Source of the DNA: Amoebidium appalachense
Lineage: Eukaryota; Protista; Ichthyosporea
Reading direction: 5' to 3'
Assembly: GCA_963693365.1 (NCBI GenBank)
Contig: CAVNZM010000003.1
Span: forward strand, 10,964,888 to 11,028,887
Length of the DNA: 64,000 nucleotides
The position numbers were made by a program, and so were the translations under genes. A model generated the notes under the pieces. It was not told where the DNA came from, did not search any database, and saw only the letters and a list, made by a program, of their open reading frames with translations. Every line of letters begins with the position of its first letter. Within the stretch, counting starts at the first letter, position 1. Positions 1 through 60,900 of this stretch are shown here, in pieces.

Positions 1-55
1 AGGGGGGGGTATGGTAGGGAAAATGCTCAAGAAGAACCCCACGAAGGGAAATTAC

Positions 56-16492
<16,437 letters not shown>

Positions 16493-17136
16493 AACATGGG
16501 CCGCGCGCTACACGCACACGCGGCCACCAAGAAATAACTAGTTGGCAGAATGTGTCATGATCTGTAGTGCAGGGAGGTTGTTTCCATAGCTTTGCAGCTG
16601 ATTGTATGAAGTTACGAAACTAACAGCGATTTGGGTAACATGGAGGTAACAAAACTACAATATTCTATTGTACACTGTACGATTGAGCAGTCCTGCACCG
16701 GTTGCTTTTTTTTGGGTCCAGCCTTTAAAGGGCAGCCTAAGATTTATTACAGACATAACTTTGTTAAGTGAATATTTTCAGCTTTTTTAAACCATTTCAG
16801 TTGTATTTTAGAACAATGGCGGCTTAAACTCTGTATTTGTGCAATTCAAATTTATGATGTTGCTCACCGGAACTTGACCACTGCTTTTCGGCTCACCCAA
16901 GCCAGCACAGTTCGGATGTGTTGTGCCTGTGCAATTTACATGCTGGCATTTCCTCCTCTCTCAATCTCTCTTCTCAAAGTTAACCTTTCATATTCTTCAT
17001 CACATATTTCAGCAACCACTATGCCTCCAAGGTTATAAAGGCGGCGGCACCCTTCGGACGTGCAACAACAGCCAGAACTTCTGACCATTCTGCATACAGC
17101 TCAGGAGTGGCCTCGCCTAGTCTAGATCTTGTGAAA
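16493..17136. promoter_or_regulatory. Putative bidirectional promoter between TOR and RCE1
   Basis: About 640 bp of microsatellite-free, AT-richer DNA between two divergent start codons (16492 minus, 17137 plus). Confidence 0.55.
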
Positions 17137-25809
<8,673 letters not shown>

Positions 25810-26181
25810 TTATGGTGTCCAACCGAGAATTCCGACATAGGCCTTAACGGTAAAAAAGAGGCATTTGTGAATGGCTCCTTGATATGGTATTTGCTTTTTT
25901 AAAGGATAGAAAGCGAGAATATTATGATTGGGCTGCTTTTCCTCTCCCTCCCTGCTTTCTAAACAACTTACAGAGCTCTCTCCCCCTCCCCCCCCCCCCC
26001 CCCCCCCCCCCCCGCGTATTTTCCTGGAATTCGAAGCCTTGCTCTAGAAGCGATATTCAACAACCCCGCTCCACCCGGGCACGAACATGCGCACACACGC
26101 ACCCACACACACACACAGACACACTGTGACAACACACACACACACACACACCCACACACACACACAGACACACTGTGACAC

Positions 26182-26423
<242 letters not shown>

Positions 26424-27206
26424 CACATACAACCTCCACCGACCCTACCCACCCACCACCACCCCTAAGGCTTACCTATTTGCATGTTTATTGCCGTTGC
26501 TACATCTCCATATAAATTTCTGAGTGAAATATGTCTTCAAGAATTTCGAGTGACCTGGAACGGTTTGGTATGCTTGGGTACTGAATGCAATGTATCATGT
26601 TTTGTATGTCTGGTATTCCTGAAACTAAATTTGAACTGCATGTCCTTACTCTTATCTCACGTAGTCACGAAGAGTAATTAGTAAGAGAGTAATTAGCTGA
26701 TTAATGATGAACCTGCTGTGGTGGTTCTTATTGTTGAAAACATTTTACTTGAGTATTTCTGTGCACACAGTGACTTATGTGCTGAAAATGTGTCTGGCAT
26801 ATACCTGTGCAGATGATTGTATGTATGCTTCTGGTTCTTGCCTCACCAGATTGAATACTCCCGCCTTCGAGAGTAGTGTTGTTTGTGAGGAGTCATGAAT
26901 GTTGTTCGTTGTATCACCCGGTAAGATTATCCATCACGTAGATAAATCATCAAAGCCCGATTACCATCTCCGCCCCTCGCTTCTCCCCTCCCCCCCTCTC
27001 TCCCCCGCTCCCTTGCCTCTCTTTCCCTCTCCTTCCCCCCTCTCTCTTCCCTCTCCCCTTCCTCCCTCCCTTCCCCTCGCTCCCTTGCCCATCGGCATAC
27101 GTATGTATGTAGTCACTAAACTTCTTAAAAATCCTCCCCCCCCCCCCCCCCTCCAGACTCCGGCCTCTAAATTTGATGCAGTCGAACGCCTCTCATAAGT
27201 ACAGCA

Positions 27207-27240
<34 letters not shown>

Positions 27241-27905
27241 ATCCAAACACCCTTCATGTCGTGACATAGATACTGGTGGGTAATTTGAACTATGTGGATC
27301 CCGCAAGATAATTTACCGATTTTGTTTTTTTTTTGCAACGGGTTGATTATTTATTCTGATTCATTCACCTTACTACTCAGCCTGCCACTCGGAGTCTCTG
27401 TCTGACTGTCTAACAGCCACAAAGAGATTTGACTATGTGTCATTTTCGTCCAATAATATGAAAGCTATCATTTCTGTTCCTATGTGAGTAATTTTACTGC
27501 AGAAAATGGCCGTGACTTGGCCGAAACTACGAAGGGTGCACGCCTGACATCGACATTTTAAAATTAAGATCATGTGTACATGTCACTTAGTCTAGTATTT
27601 TAGAAGCAGCCTGAGGGTCCAATCTATTCTTTTATTTTTTTTTAGGGGACCATATATGCATAGACGTCATGTTCTAAGACTTCCTCGTCGGTGGCTGGGG
27701 GAGTAGCTCGGAAGGTGGAGATGGGGGCGGGGGTGGGGTGGTGTGGTGTGGGTTTTTTATTTATTTTTTATTTATTCCCGCTTTGTTTCCGGAGGGACCC
27801 CTTGGGCCCTCAGGGGAACTACCGTCTCCCACCCAGCACCGACATGGGGTGGGGTGGTTGCACCGGTGGTGCGGGTGTGTTTCACGCTGTGTTTTTTTTT
27901 TCGAA

Positions 27906-27936
<31 letters not shown>

Positions 27937-28214
27937 GGGGGGGGGCGGGTGGGGGGGGGGGGGGGGGGGGGTTCCTGAAAATCCAGCAGGGCGTAAGTGC
28001 CGAGGTGTTGCTGGGTGGAAAGACGGGAAGGGAAGGGTTGTGGTGCGGAAGGAAAAAAAAAAGGGGGGGGGGGGGGGGGGGAGAGGTTAAATTAGTGCAT
28101 AAACCTGTGCCGCCTATCTTTTTGCAGCTGACAACCCTCTCCCTGCTCCCAAACTCTTCAAGCTGGTAGGGTCCATCAAAAATGGCCCTATTGACCTGGT
28201 TTCGAATGATCTTA

Positions 28215-28261
28215 ATGCTTCTCATCGTGTATGCGCACTTCGTACTGTGTTCCGCATTCAA
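28215..28261 (+). mobile_element. Subfamily A 3'-terminal fragment
   Basis: atgcttctcatcgtgtatgcgcacttcgtactgtgttccgcattcaa then poly(C); matches the last ~47 nt of 18380-18745. Confidence 0.75.
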
Positions 28262-28401
28262 CCCCCCCCCCCCCCCCCCCCCCCCGGCGCAAAAAAAAAA
28301 AGCGGAAGAAAAAGAAAAGAAAAATCGGCAAGCACGCACACACGCACGCATGCACGCACGCACGCAGGCACACGCGCACGCACACACACAACACAGTGCA
28401 C

Positions 28402-28452
<51 letters not shown>

Positions 28453-28498
28453 CACACACATGCACACCCGCACTCACCTCCACACACACACACATGCA

Positions 28499-28590
<92 letters not shown>

Positions 28591-28635
28591 GCCGCCGCCG
28601 CCACCACCACCACCACCACCACCAAGAAATATATA

Positions 28636-28672
<37 letters not shown>

Positions 28673-29586
28673 ATGTACAAACAAATAATAAAAATCTCGA
28701 AGAGAGAAATTTTGGCAAAGGAAAAAAAAAGGAAAGAAGGTATGAAAGGGGAGACCAAAAGACTTGCACCCCCCAACACCATTCTAACCGCTTCAAACTA
28801 GAGGCGCATGTACATTTGTTGATCGTTATTCACCATTTGCACATTCTGAACGAGTATTATAATAATAATAGGTGCCCGGGCCGGGGACGGTACTTGTATC
28901 CACCCACGGACAACGTATTGGGACAATACGTATATATCAACGGATAACATTAACAACAACAAAAAAAAACAAAAACAAAAAACACAAAAAACAAGGTTTT
29001 CCTCTTTAAAAAGGCTATTTTGATGCTGTAGGCTGGTAGGCAGGGCCACGGAACTGTTACATGCGGTTAAGCATTTCCGTGGTCCTTGGATATAATTGGC
29101 TGTCACATATTATTTAATCTATAACAGGCTGCTACATTAATATCCAATCTATTAAATGATTGGCCGCTACATTCAATTTATCATCAATTGACACAGTTAT
29201 GTACATTTAAATAATCGAGAAAACAGACTAATGACTAGACCAGCTACATACGAATAGCTAAATACGGTATGGATTACTGGTGCGCATTCACTGGCTCGTT
29301 TACTAAACCAAATTTACCAAACATACTACTGGAATTTGCGTCATATACAAACATATATTCATAATTAAAAGTCGTCATACATTCCTATGCTTTAGCATTC
29401 ATCTTCGCTATTCTGCGTACGCAGTCAAGAATATATTTACAGTAATTTATCCCACCTAGGTGCTTTTTCATCAAAATGAAGGGAGACAAAAACAGAGACT
29501 CTGACCATCTCACTGCGGCTGACGAAGAAAGCATGTGTGTTTGTCTGTCTGTCTGTGTGTGCACGCGCGCGTGTGTGTGCTTGTGT

Positions 29587-29687
<101 letters not shown>

Positions 29688-30040
29688 TGCATGTGCGTGT
29701 GCGTGGGGATGGGGGTGGTGGCGGGGGTGGGGGGTGGGTGTGCGTGTGCGTGTGTGCACGAGCATGCATGTGTGTGTGTGTGCATGTGCGTTCGCGTGTC
29801 CGTTGGGTATGTTGGGGGGAGAGGGGGAGGGAGGGGGGGGGGGGGGGGGGGGGGGGTATAGAATGCAGTGCACGTGAAACATGTACAAACCCACAAGGGA
29901 TAACATGATTCCGATTGCCCAAAAAAAAAAAAAAAAAAAGGAGAGAGAAAGAAAGAAAAGAAAAAAAGAAATAGAATATTTGGGGGGGGGGGGGGGGATG
30001 GAAAAAGGAGATCTATTCAATAATGTGGGTTTGCTCAAGT

Positions 30041-42707
<12,667 letters not shown>

Positions 42708-43397
42708 TCTCTCGCTCCAGCCGCCTTAGTAACCAGCATTCGCTTCACCTCGCTCTGTAGCTTCGCAATGTCCCAGAGCCTCTAGACTAATGCAACACTG
42801 ATGACTTTGGAAATAAAAACAATAACACCTAAAGTTAGCTGTGTTGTGTGCTGCCCATATTTCCATCAGAAAACATTTGGCAATTATGCACTCTGTCAAC
42901 CTAGGGGGCTAAATTCTTGCTTACAACAGGGCCCTTCGCATGCTTTCCTTGTCTAACTTCGTTTGCTGTCTGTGAATGTAGGCGAAAACAAAGCGCAGCA
43001 GTGGAAGCATTTGATTGGCTGACGACCGCTTTTGGCGCGAAAATCATTCCCCCGCGCGGCCGCCGGGAGGCTGCGGGTTGGCCCGGGGCCCGCGGTCGAC
43101 ACTCGGAGTCTCCGACATTCAAAGCTTAGTGACGGATGTTTATTATAGTCGTGTTTCTGTCCTCCGTTCATTTAAAATCTTTGTACAGTACTTCTTTTAT
43201 GTACATGCCTGTGTGCCATCGTGTGGGGGGGGGAAGCGAGAGATAATGAGAGTGAGAATGAGAGAGGGAGGGAGAGGGGAGGGAGGGGGCGGGGGGCGGA
43301 GAGAGGGAGAGAGAGAGAGTACACACTCAGAGGGAGCAAGAGGGAGAGGTAGAGAAAGAGAGAGAGAGAGGGAGAGAGAAAGAGAGAGGGAGAGAGA

Positions 43398-43492
<95 letters not shown>

Positions 43493-45030
43493 TGTAATGT
43501 GTGTGAAAGCTGAGAGAGAAAGAGAGCGAGAGAGGGGCGGGGGGTGGGAGTGTGTGAGTGTGTGTGGGGGGGGGGGGGGGGGGGAGGGGCTTTTAGCATG
43601 ATGTTTTACATCTCCTGCTCCCTGTTGTGTGTGCGGGCCAGTGAGCCCCGTCTATAGTGGCGTGCGTGCTGCATCTGTGGCCCCGTAGGTGCTTTCTAAC
43701 GGCGTGTGCGCTTGACCCTCGGTGTTTTTGTATGTATGTATGTATTTCAAGTTGTGTGCGTAAGCGTGCGCACGATCGACGCACTCGCGCGTGTAATATT
43801 AAATATGTCGTGTGTGTGTGCATGGGTTTGCACGATGCCGCGGTGTACTGTTGCGTGCTTGTGTGTACGTGCGTGCGCACCGCTCTGTGCGTGTGTGCTT
43901 GTGTGCGCACGGTGCCACGTTGTACGCATGCGTGCTTGTGTACGTGCGTGCCTGTCTATGTGCGTGTGCGCATGTGTGCGCAAGGTGCCGCGGTGTACGC
44001 GTGCGTGCTTGTGTGTACGTGCGTACCTGTCTATGTACGTGTGTGTTCGTGTGTTTGTGTGCACTTGTGCGCACTGTGTGTGGGTGTTTGTACGTATGTG
44101 CATGTGTCTGCTGGCAGAACATGTGTACGTGCTAAAGCGGGAGGTGTGTGTGTTTACCATGTTACAGGCGGGAACTTTCTACATGCATGCACGTACGCTT
44201 TTTCTACGGGTCACTGTGCGGTCGCGGGTGTGCATTATCCATGAAATTTTGACAATGTAGGGCACCAATTTCTGCAGCTGTGTACGTTGTCACAATTTCT
44301 AAACGGAAGAACGGTGTATCTGCGTAGATATGCGGTTGTGTGTGCAGCGCTCGCGTACGTTTGCACGGTGTGCGCGCATGCATACGTGTTTGTGTGTGCG
44401 TGTGCGTGTGTGTGTACGTGTGCAGTACGTGTGTGTGCGTGCGCGCGTTTGTATACGTGTGTGTGCGTGTGTGTACGTTGTGTGTATACGTGTGTGTGTG
44501 TGCGTGCGCGCGAGAGTTTGTGTGTGTGCTTGTGACCGTTTGTGCGTGCGCGCGTGTGCGTGCGTATCACATAGGAGCGTGCGGCCGTGCGTGCATGTGT
44601 GTTCATGCGTGTGCATGCGTGCGCGTGTGCTTGTATGCATGCCTGCTTGTGTGTGTGAGTATACACGGCGTATCATGCGTTGCATGCGTACATGTTGTTT
44701 GCACTTGTGCAAATTCAAGGGTCTGTGTAAAGTTACTCCATATGCTTAACTCGCACACACGTGTGCGTGTGTATTAGAAGCATGTGTGTGACGTGTGTGC
44801 CATGTGCATTGACACCGCACACATGGCCTTTATGTTTTCCAAGTCACGCGTTTGACTTGAAACCTGCAATATATTACCCAAACTCAAAAGACGTCTCCGA
44901 CCTTTAAGCCAAATTCCGGAATTTGGCAGGCCACTGCAATGCAAAAAAACCTATTTTAACGCCCATTGAAAGGTACAAACCTCATAAAAAAATGTTTTAT
45001 ACATGTATTGAAAAAGAGAACTTAAAGAAA

Positions 45031-45252
45031 AGAGAGTTTTCAGACTCTAGGATTCAGACACCAGCTGGCAGACCCCAACTTCTTTTCTACCATCCGTACT
45101 GTCACCTTCCACCGGCGCCCGCTGCGCAGGCGCCCAGACCAATTAACCTGAGAGAGTTTCTAGAGTCTAGATTTCAGACACCAGCTGGCAGACCCCCAGC
45201 TCAATATATACCGCAGTTTCAGTTGGCGCCCACGCAGCGGGCGCACAGACCT
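45031..45252. repeat. 120-bp tandem duplication
   Basis: agagagttt...ttcagacaccagctggcagacccc at 45031 and 45151; ggcgccc...cagacc at ~45114 and ~45225. Confidence 0.7.
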
Positions 45253-46181
45253 ACTTGTATATATGCCAAAAGCACCCGTGTACATGTGCGTGTGTGGAGT
45301 GGTGTCGTGAATGTGCGCTGTGGCGTTTACGTACTAGTGTGCGTGTGTGGAGCTCTTGCACACGCGTGTGGTGCATATACGAGTGCATATCAGGAAGTCG
45401 ACTTGCAATTGCTTGGCCTATGTATGTAGCTATGCACCGATAGTGCCGTACATATACCATTCTAAACATGCACACATCATTTGTGAACGCGTATTATTGT
45501 GCTCACACGAGCTGCTCATACGGACTATTGGTATATGTACTGTTGACTGTGGGCCTACCGTTAACCCACACACACACGTACGGGCGTCCGGCCGTCGACA
45601 CAACCACGGCCCTCTGAAAAAAAGAACAACTCGCTTGTGGCTTGGCGAAAGGTTTCCTTTTGCACTGCTCAAATGGATCTATTGCGCTATTGCTGATTGG
45701 CTCATGTGTTATCAGAGTGGCTCATGACGTCATATTGGGTCATCCCCCGCTTCATCAAGTAAGAACGCATCCTCGGCAAAGGAGCTTTACTATTAACGAA
45801 AATTCTTAGTTTGTAAGAAACCGATGCAAATATCAATTTTTTATGCACTATGCAGCTTGGTTGCCTCATTTACGGCACTTAACATAGGTTATTCTGAGAG
45901 AGGAGAAGCTGTCTCTGGTCAACTGGGAAATAGATAACGCCTTTCTATTGGCTATCTCTGACCAATTAAACTACTTCTTGTATATGCGCCATAAATGCCT
46001 CCGGGTGCGTCTCATGGAGTGTTCATTCCTCTGGTCACAACCCGGCCGCTGATTAGCACTATTGAGCTAAACTATAAAAGACCCCGCGTTAGGTTTCATT
46101 TCAACACCCAACACACGATTATCTCTACTCACTACAAGTGCAAACACACTGTAGACTGAAAACATTGACCACACAGGCACC

Positions 46182-46536
46182 ATGATGCACAAAGTAAACT
46201 CGAACACCCGAAGTTTGGTGACAGTTGCTCTGTGTACGCTGGCCTGCCTGCCTTCTCTGGTGGCAGCATGGCCCGCATGGCCGTTTTCTTCTCCAAAGGT
46301 TGTCACTGACCTCGACATTTCCAAATACACGGGCCGGTGGTATCAGGTATTATATATATGATGTGGTTTGTTGGTTTTACCTATGTGTGTGTGTGGGTGG
46401 GTGGGGGCCGGGGGAGGAAAGGGAGGTGTTTGTGTGTGTGTGTGTGCGCGCGTGTGCGTATGTGCGTGCGTGTGCGCGTGTATGTGTGTGCGTGTGCATG
46501 CCAGCATGTGTGCGTGCGTGTGTGTGTGTGCCTGCA

Positions 46537-46568
<32 letters not shown>

Positions 46569-47241
46569 TGTGTGTATGTGTGACTGAGCGAACGCTCCCG
46601 AGCGAGTATGTGATACTGTGTCTGCTTCTTTGAAATTCCTTGCTTGTGTGTTCGTGTGTTTGTGCGCATGTGTATTGTGTGTGTTTGTGTGATGCGTGTG
46701 CGCGCGCCTGCACGTGTATGTGTCATTATGTTCCCATGCAAATTTCAGGAAAGAATTGGCCTCTAACCATTCATTTCTACCACAGATGTATGCCAGCCCC
46801 TCCGTCTATGCCACCTTCGAGAAAAACGCAAAGTGTGTGACTGCCGACTATGCAACAACATCCGACGCCAGCAAAATCTCCGTTTACAACGCTATGCAAG
46901 ACACAAAAACCAACGCGTCGAGAAATATCACGGGTGTAGCGACCATCGTATCTCCCGGGAAACTGAACGTAGAGTTTGGTAGCGCCGGGTTTATCCCAAA
47001 GCTGGATTCGTCAAACTATTGGGTCTACGCCGTTGGTCCGGTTGTAAACAACAGATACGACTGGGCGATTGTCAGCGATAGGTTCAAGGCATTTTTGTTT
47101 GTTCTCGCACGTGATCAGAATACGTTTGCGTCGACATATGGGGCCGATGTTTTGAAGAAGGCAAAGGATTTTGGATTCACTTCGTTCATTAACAAGCCTG
47201 TTGCTACCGTTCACGACAGCACGTGTGTGTACCCAGCCTAA
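46182..47241 (+). CDS. Secreted lipocalin (apolipoprotein D / Blc-like), 2 exons
   Basis: Exons 46182-46346 and 46786-47241. Hydrophobic N-terminal signal peptide, lipocalin SCR1 motif [42 protein letters not shown]. Confidence 0.85.
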
Positions 47242-49312
47242 ATCCTTCGTTGAACATATTCGAACTGGGGGAGTTCTATGTGGTTTTTCCCTCTTGCCTG
47301 GTTGTGTGTGCATGCACATTTGTACACTAGTTAAATAGTATTCCGTGGTAAATGTCGTGTGTACAGATAAATATTAATCAGGGGAGCAGGCTCCCCGTTG
47401 TTGATTTTATTATGATTCCTCCCCCTGCTGGCTGGGTTGAGTTGAAGGAGACATTGTGGTTCTGGGAATTTAAATAAAGTAATATTCAACAAGGGTGAAT
47501 TACTTTCTATTAGCATTTCTTTTGTGTGTGTGGCGCCTGTTTTGGTGAATTATAAACTACACAGGTGCTTAGACCATCTATCAAAACGCTACACAAACCG
47601 TTCTACGTACACCGCGGCAGACATTTGAATATGTACACACGTACACATTCACACCTATTTAGAGATGTTTGTACTCACGGGGATACACGTATTATTGTAC
47701 GCACGCACACACGTTCAGGAGTCAGGAACGATTACTGGGGTGTCAGCTCCTACACAGAGATTGTTGCAAACCCCCCCCCCCCCCCCCCCCCCCCCCACCT
47801 CAACCCCACAAATACACAAACATCGTGGCAGGCCCCCCTTTCTCTCTCCACCGCCTCCACCACACAAATACACAGACATCCTTACAACCCCCCCCCCCCC
47901 CCCCTCCCTCAAACAACAAATACACAGACATTGTAGCAGCCCCCCCCCCCCCCCCCCCCCCCATAAATGCAACCTGTTAGCTAATGTAGTAGAACCGGAG
48001 GTTATTGGCGGTTTATTCTCTTTTCTTCCTCTCTTCCTCAATATATACGTTTTAAGATGACTATCCTAGATCACCTTATTAATGCTGCACAGTATGATAT
48101 TGTGATCCGGTGCCTTAACTTTCTTTCGGAGCTACCGATGCTAGCCTCTGCTTACCCATAATATGTAATAGGGGTGTCAGATACTACGATGGCGCTCATT
48201 GTTGCCTAGCATGTACATATGTCACTGGCTGCATTTGATTGGCTGTGCTGGAAAACGCAGTAGGTTGTCGATTGTGGCTGGGCCTTCGGCAGTGTCCACA
48301 CAATAAAAAGTGTGTAAACCCCCCCCCCCAAACACACAACACCGCCTTCCTCCCCCACCCCTCCCCCCCCCCCCCCAATAAAAAAGAAAAATTGAGATAG
48401 AAGAATATGCATGAAAATAGCAAACCTTGATCACATTTGAGATTGCATTCTCAGCATGTTCGTCGTGAGTACTGCCAGAGGACTGAACCAATTTAACTTA
48501 TATTCCCCAAGGGCATATGTCATTGATGTGCAGGTTTTTATTCACTGATAGAAAAATGGGTGAAGCCTTTAATTCCTTTGAAAACTAAGATTTAACTTTG
48601 TCAATACGAGTCCCCGGACCGGAACACATCCGAAATTCCCTCACAAGATGGATGGGGTACGGGTAAGCATATTCCTAACATACCCTAAAACAATTAAGTA
48701 TGTGTGAATGTTTGCGGAGTAAGAAAGGGCAGGGCGGGGCAGGACGGGGGGGGGGGGGGGGAGGGGGGGGAGGGGAGGAGCGGGGGGACGGGGGGAGGGG
48801 GGGGGGGGGGAGGGGGGAGTACCTATCTGGATATCTCAGAGTGACGGTCTTAGTCAGGAAAACTTGAGTCAACTACAAAGATCTCTTCTCATGTATTAAT
48901 TAACATATAGACGAAAAGAGAGTTCTTGTATACGGTGTACACATGGGTTCGTGATCGAACGAGATTTCGTATCATTGTAAGGCACATGAAGTGATAAAAC
49001 AATAAATAAAAAAGTAGGAATACCAGCGGAATTCTAAAATACATCCAAACACTTTTAAACATTGACGGAGGTAGGGGAGGGGGGAAGGGATAGGGGAGGC
49101 GGGGGGCTAGGGGGGGGGGGGGGGGGAGGGGAGGGGGGGGGGGGGAGGGGGGGGAGGGGGGAAGGGGGGGGGGGGGGGGGGGGGGGATGTTGTGCCCATA
49201 CAGAATGAAGCAACCTGCAGGCTCACAAGTAGAAACGTAAAATTTGTAAAAGTAGGCCCGCACTAAACAAGTTGGGGAAATAGGGGGCAAGGAAGGGAAG
49301 AGAGACCAGGAA

Positions 49313-49352
<40 letters not shown>

Positions 49353-49428
49353 TATGTGCATGTACCCTCCTTTGTCCATCCTGCCCCCCCTCCCTTCCTC
49401 CCGCCTGCCTATCTGCCCCCCCTCCCCC

Positions 49429-49472
<44 letters not shown>

Positions 49473-49899
49473 AAAAAACAAATCCTCCAACCGCACCCAC
49501 CCACCACTCAACCACAGGCTGTTTTTTCTCAAAGACTGACTCCTTTTACCTACCTACGGTGGGTAGACACTTCAGCAAACCGCACCCACATTCACACACA
49601 AAGGGGGAAACCGCACCCACATTCACACACAAAGGGGGAAACCAAACCATAAATAGAACGAACAGTGGGTATTAGTAGGTGGAAATCAATGACTCGGCAA
49701 AGAACTGGCCATGGAAAGAACAACATGGGGAGGGGGTTTTTTTTGGGGGGGGGGGGGGGAGGGGGGGGGGGGGGGGGGGGGTGAGGAAGGGTGATCTTGG
49801 TTGTCGTTGGGGGCCGGGGGCCTGGGGTGAGGGTGGGGGGTTCGAATGGGGGGGGGGGGGGGGGGGGGGGGGGGGAGTGGGGGGGGAGAGCGGGGAGTT

Positions 49900-57930
<8,031 letters not shown>

Positions 57931-57989
57931 TTACTAAAAAAAAACCCACCAATCACACGCTAAATTTCCTGACCATATACGGTTAAGAA

Positions 57990-60900
57990 CTACTCGTCGT
58001 CCTCCTCGCTCTCCGAGGCCAGGCCCAGGGCCTTTCTGGCCTTGCGCTGCTTCTCCTTCTTCTTCAGCTCGGCGCGGCTCAGCTTCTTGTCCTGCTTTTT
58101 GACCTTCACGTCGTTGCCGTAGCGGTCCTTGACCACGTCGTCCAGCTCCTTTACCTCGATCTTCTCCTTCATGGCCTTCTCCATCCAGTCCGCATCGCCC
58201 TTGAGGTTGAGCGTGTTGTTCTCCAGGTGCCACACCTCGGGGCACAGCTCGCTGCAGAAGGCGTTGTTGTGCGTGATCATCACCACGCCGCCGTCGTACA
58301 GCCGGATGGCGTCGGCCAGCTGGGCCAGGGACTCGCGGTCGAGGTAGTTTGTGGGCTCGTCGAGGATCAGCAGGTGCGGGCAGTTCCACATGGCCGCCGC
58401 CAGCACCACCTTGACCTTCTGCCCGCCCGACAGCGCGCGGATGCGGGTGTGGGTGCCGAACTCCTTCTCCAGGCCAAAGCCCTCCAGGTGGTCCTCGACG
58501 TTCTTCATAGTCAGCGGCCGCTGGTAGGCCGACGCGCTGTTGGCGATGGCCTCGTCGGTCTGCTTGATCAGCTTCTCAAACGCGCTGCCCTGCTTGAGCA
58601 AGACCTCCACGTCCACCCACGTGGGCTCCGAGTGGCCCACCCACTCGATCTCGTACTCGGTCGTGCGGCCCTTCTGCCGGCGGCCCTCGGTGAAGCGGTC
58701 CAGCGTGCGCTTTTCCTTCTTGACGTTGCCGTCGGCGTCGGTGATGTCGACGGTGATCGGGGCCTGGACCTGGGCCTCCTCGTCGGGGGTCAGCTGCATG
58801 GTGACCTTCTGCAGGCCCTCGCGGTCCTTGCCGTACTGGTAGCGCCACAGGATGTACTCGTTGGCCGTCTTGTCCAGGTGGTTCTCGATGTGGTGGAACG
58901 CGTGCTGCGCCACGTACGCCACCCGCGCGTTGGGGTGCTTCCACACCTCCCCGGACCCGGCGTCGGGCACCAGCTCGCCCGTCAGCAGCTTGATCATGGT
59001 GGACTTGCCGGCGCCGTTCACGCCCACACACGCCACGCGGGACGCCAGCGAACAGCGCACCGTCACGCTGCGCAGCTGCGGCTTGGCGGCCCCCGCGTAG
59101 GTGAAGGTGATGTCGGTCATCTTGAGGATGGGCTTGCCCTTGGTGTTGATGCCCTCGAGGGGCCCCGGGGCCGGGAAGCGGAAGGGCGTCTTGTTGGCCG
59201 AGGTCTTGAACTCAAAGTAGGCCTTGGCGTCGGGGCGGTTCTGCAGGTAGTCGGTGAGGTTGCCCTTGGCCACGTGCAGCTTGAGGTCCCTGATCTCAAT
59301 CATGTGCGTGCACACGCGGTCCAGGAAGCCCGAGTCGTGGCTCACCATGATGCAGGTGACGCCCTTGAGGCCTGTCAGGTACGACTCGACCCACTTGACG
59401 TTGTAGGCGTCCAGGTGGTTGGTGGGCTCGTCCAGCAGGATGATGTCGGCCTTGAGCAGCATGGCCCGGGACAGCGCCAGTTTCATCTTCCAGCCGCCCG
59501 ACAGCGAGCCCACGGGGCTGGTGATGTTTGCCGGGGAGCTCTCGTTGAAGCCCACGGACTCGAGCACCTTGGCCATCTCCTCGCGGGCAACGCCGCAGTT
59601 TCGCAGCAGCGGGTCGGCGTAGATGTAGTCCAGCACGGTCATGTCGGACATCTCGCCCTGGATGTCCGTGGCCACAAACACCGTGCGCAGCTCGTCCTCG
59701 GTCGGGAACCCCTCCAGCCGGTGGTCGGCAATGGCCCGCAGCAGCGACGTCTTGCCGCAGTCGTTCTTGCCCAGCACCCCGTAGCGGTAGCCGCGCTTGA
59801 GCCGCAGGTTGGTGTTGCTCAGCAGGATCTTGGACCCGTAGGCCAGCCGGAAGTTGCAGTTGCACAGCTCCTCGGCGTCCGTGTCCTCCTCCACCTCGGC
59901 CTCCGGCGTGGCGTCCTTCACCACCTCCCCCAGAATCGCGTCGATGATCGCGGCGGCCGTCTCGCTGCCGTCCACAAACGGGGTCAGGTAGGGGGTGAGG
60001 GCCGTGCGCCAGATGGCGGCATCGAGCACCTTGATGTCGGCCAGCATCAGCACCATGCTGCTCACGTGGCTCAGCGCCTGCACAAACATGTCGCTGTGGT
60101 TGTCCCCGCCGGCCGCCAGCTTGACGGCCGTCAGAACCGCCTCGACGTCGTGCAGCTTGGACTTGCTGGCCGCAGCCGCCTCCCCCTTGCGGGTGAGCGT
60201 GTCGGCGGCCTTTGCGCAAACCTCGCGGCACTCGGGGTCAGACACCTCCGTCTTGGCCTGCTCCAGCCGGGGCAGCAGCTTAGGCAGGAAGGGGGAAATG
60301 TCCCGGGGCTCCTCGACCAACTTGGTCATGTTCTCAATGATGCGTGCGCACTGGCGGATGGCCACGACGTTGCCACGCTCCGAAAAACCGCGCTCGAGGA
60401 GGGGGGAGATGATGGAGAGGGCGCCAGACTCGACCACCTGCACGAAGGTGGTGCTGGCAAGCAGGTAGAGGGTCTCGGGGACTTCCTTGGGGTTCTCGAT
60501 GGACTTGACCAGGTTGGGCACAAACGGCTTGATGTCACTGTTGTCCACGCAGTCGCACACGGCAAGCAGGGCCTCCTTGGCCGCCTCCTTCACCTCCTTC
60601 TTCAGGTCCCACATCTGCGAAGACACAAAGGGAATGATGTCGGGCATGCACCGGGCCACCTGCACGGGGGCCTTCTTGGCCAGCGTCGTGACTGCCTGCA
60701 TGCGGAACTGCGCCGACTGCCACTTCTGTGATTTCTGCAATAGGGCCGGCACAATGGTGGCAATGGCGTTGGGCGCAACAACCCCCATAACAGCGTTGCC
60801 GGCCTCGGTGGCGGCGAGCTGCACGGGCCTCTCCTTGTCGCCCATCAGGTCGATGACGGTGGCAAACAGGGGCAGCACAAACGGGGCCACGGCAAGGCCG

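Noticed and set aside
27697-27725. tRNA-like 5' half (gggggagtagctcggaaggtggag)
   Set aside because: No anticodon arm, T-loop or acceptor complement follows.
58227-60731. 834-aa ORF antisense to eEF3
   Set aside because: Shadow frame caused by strong G/C bias at third codon positions; no recognisable domain.
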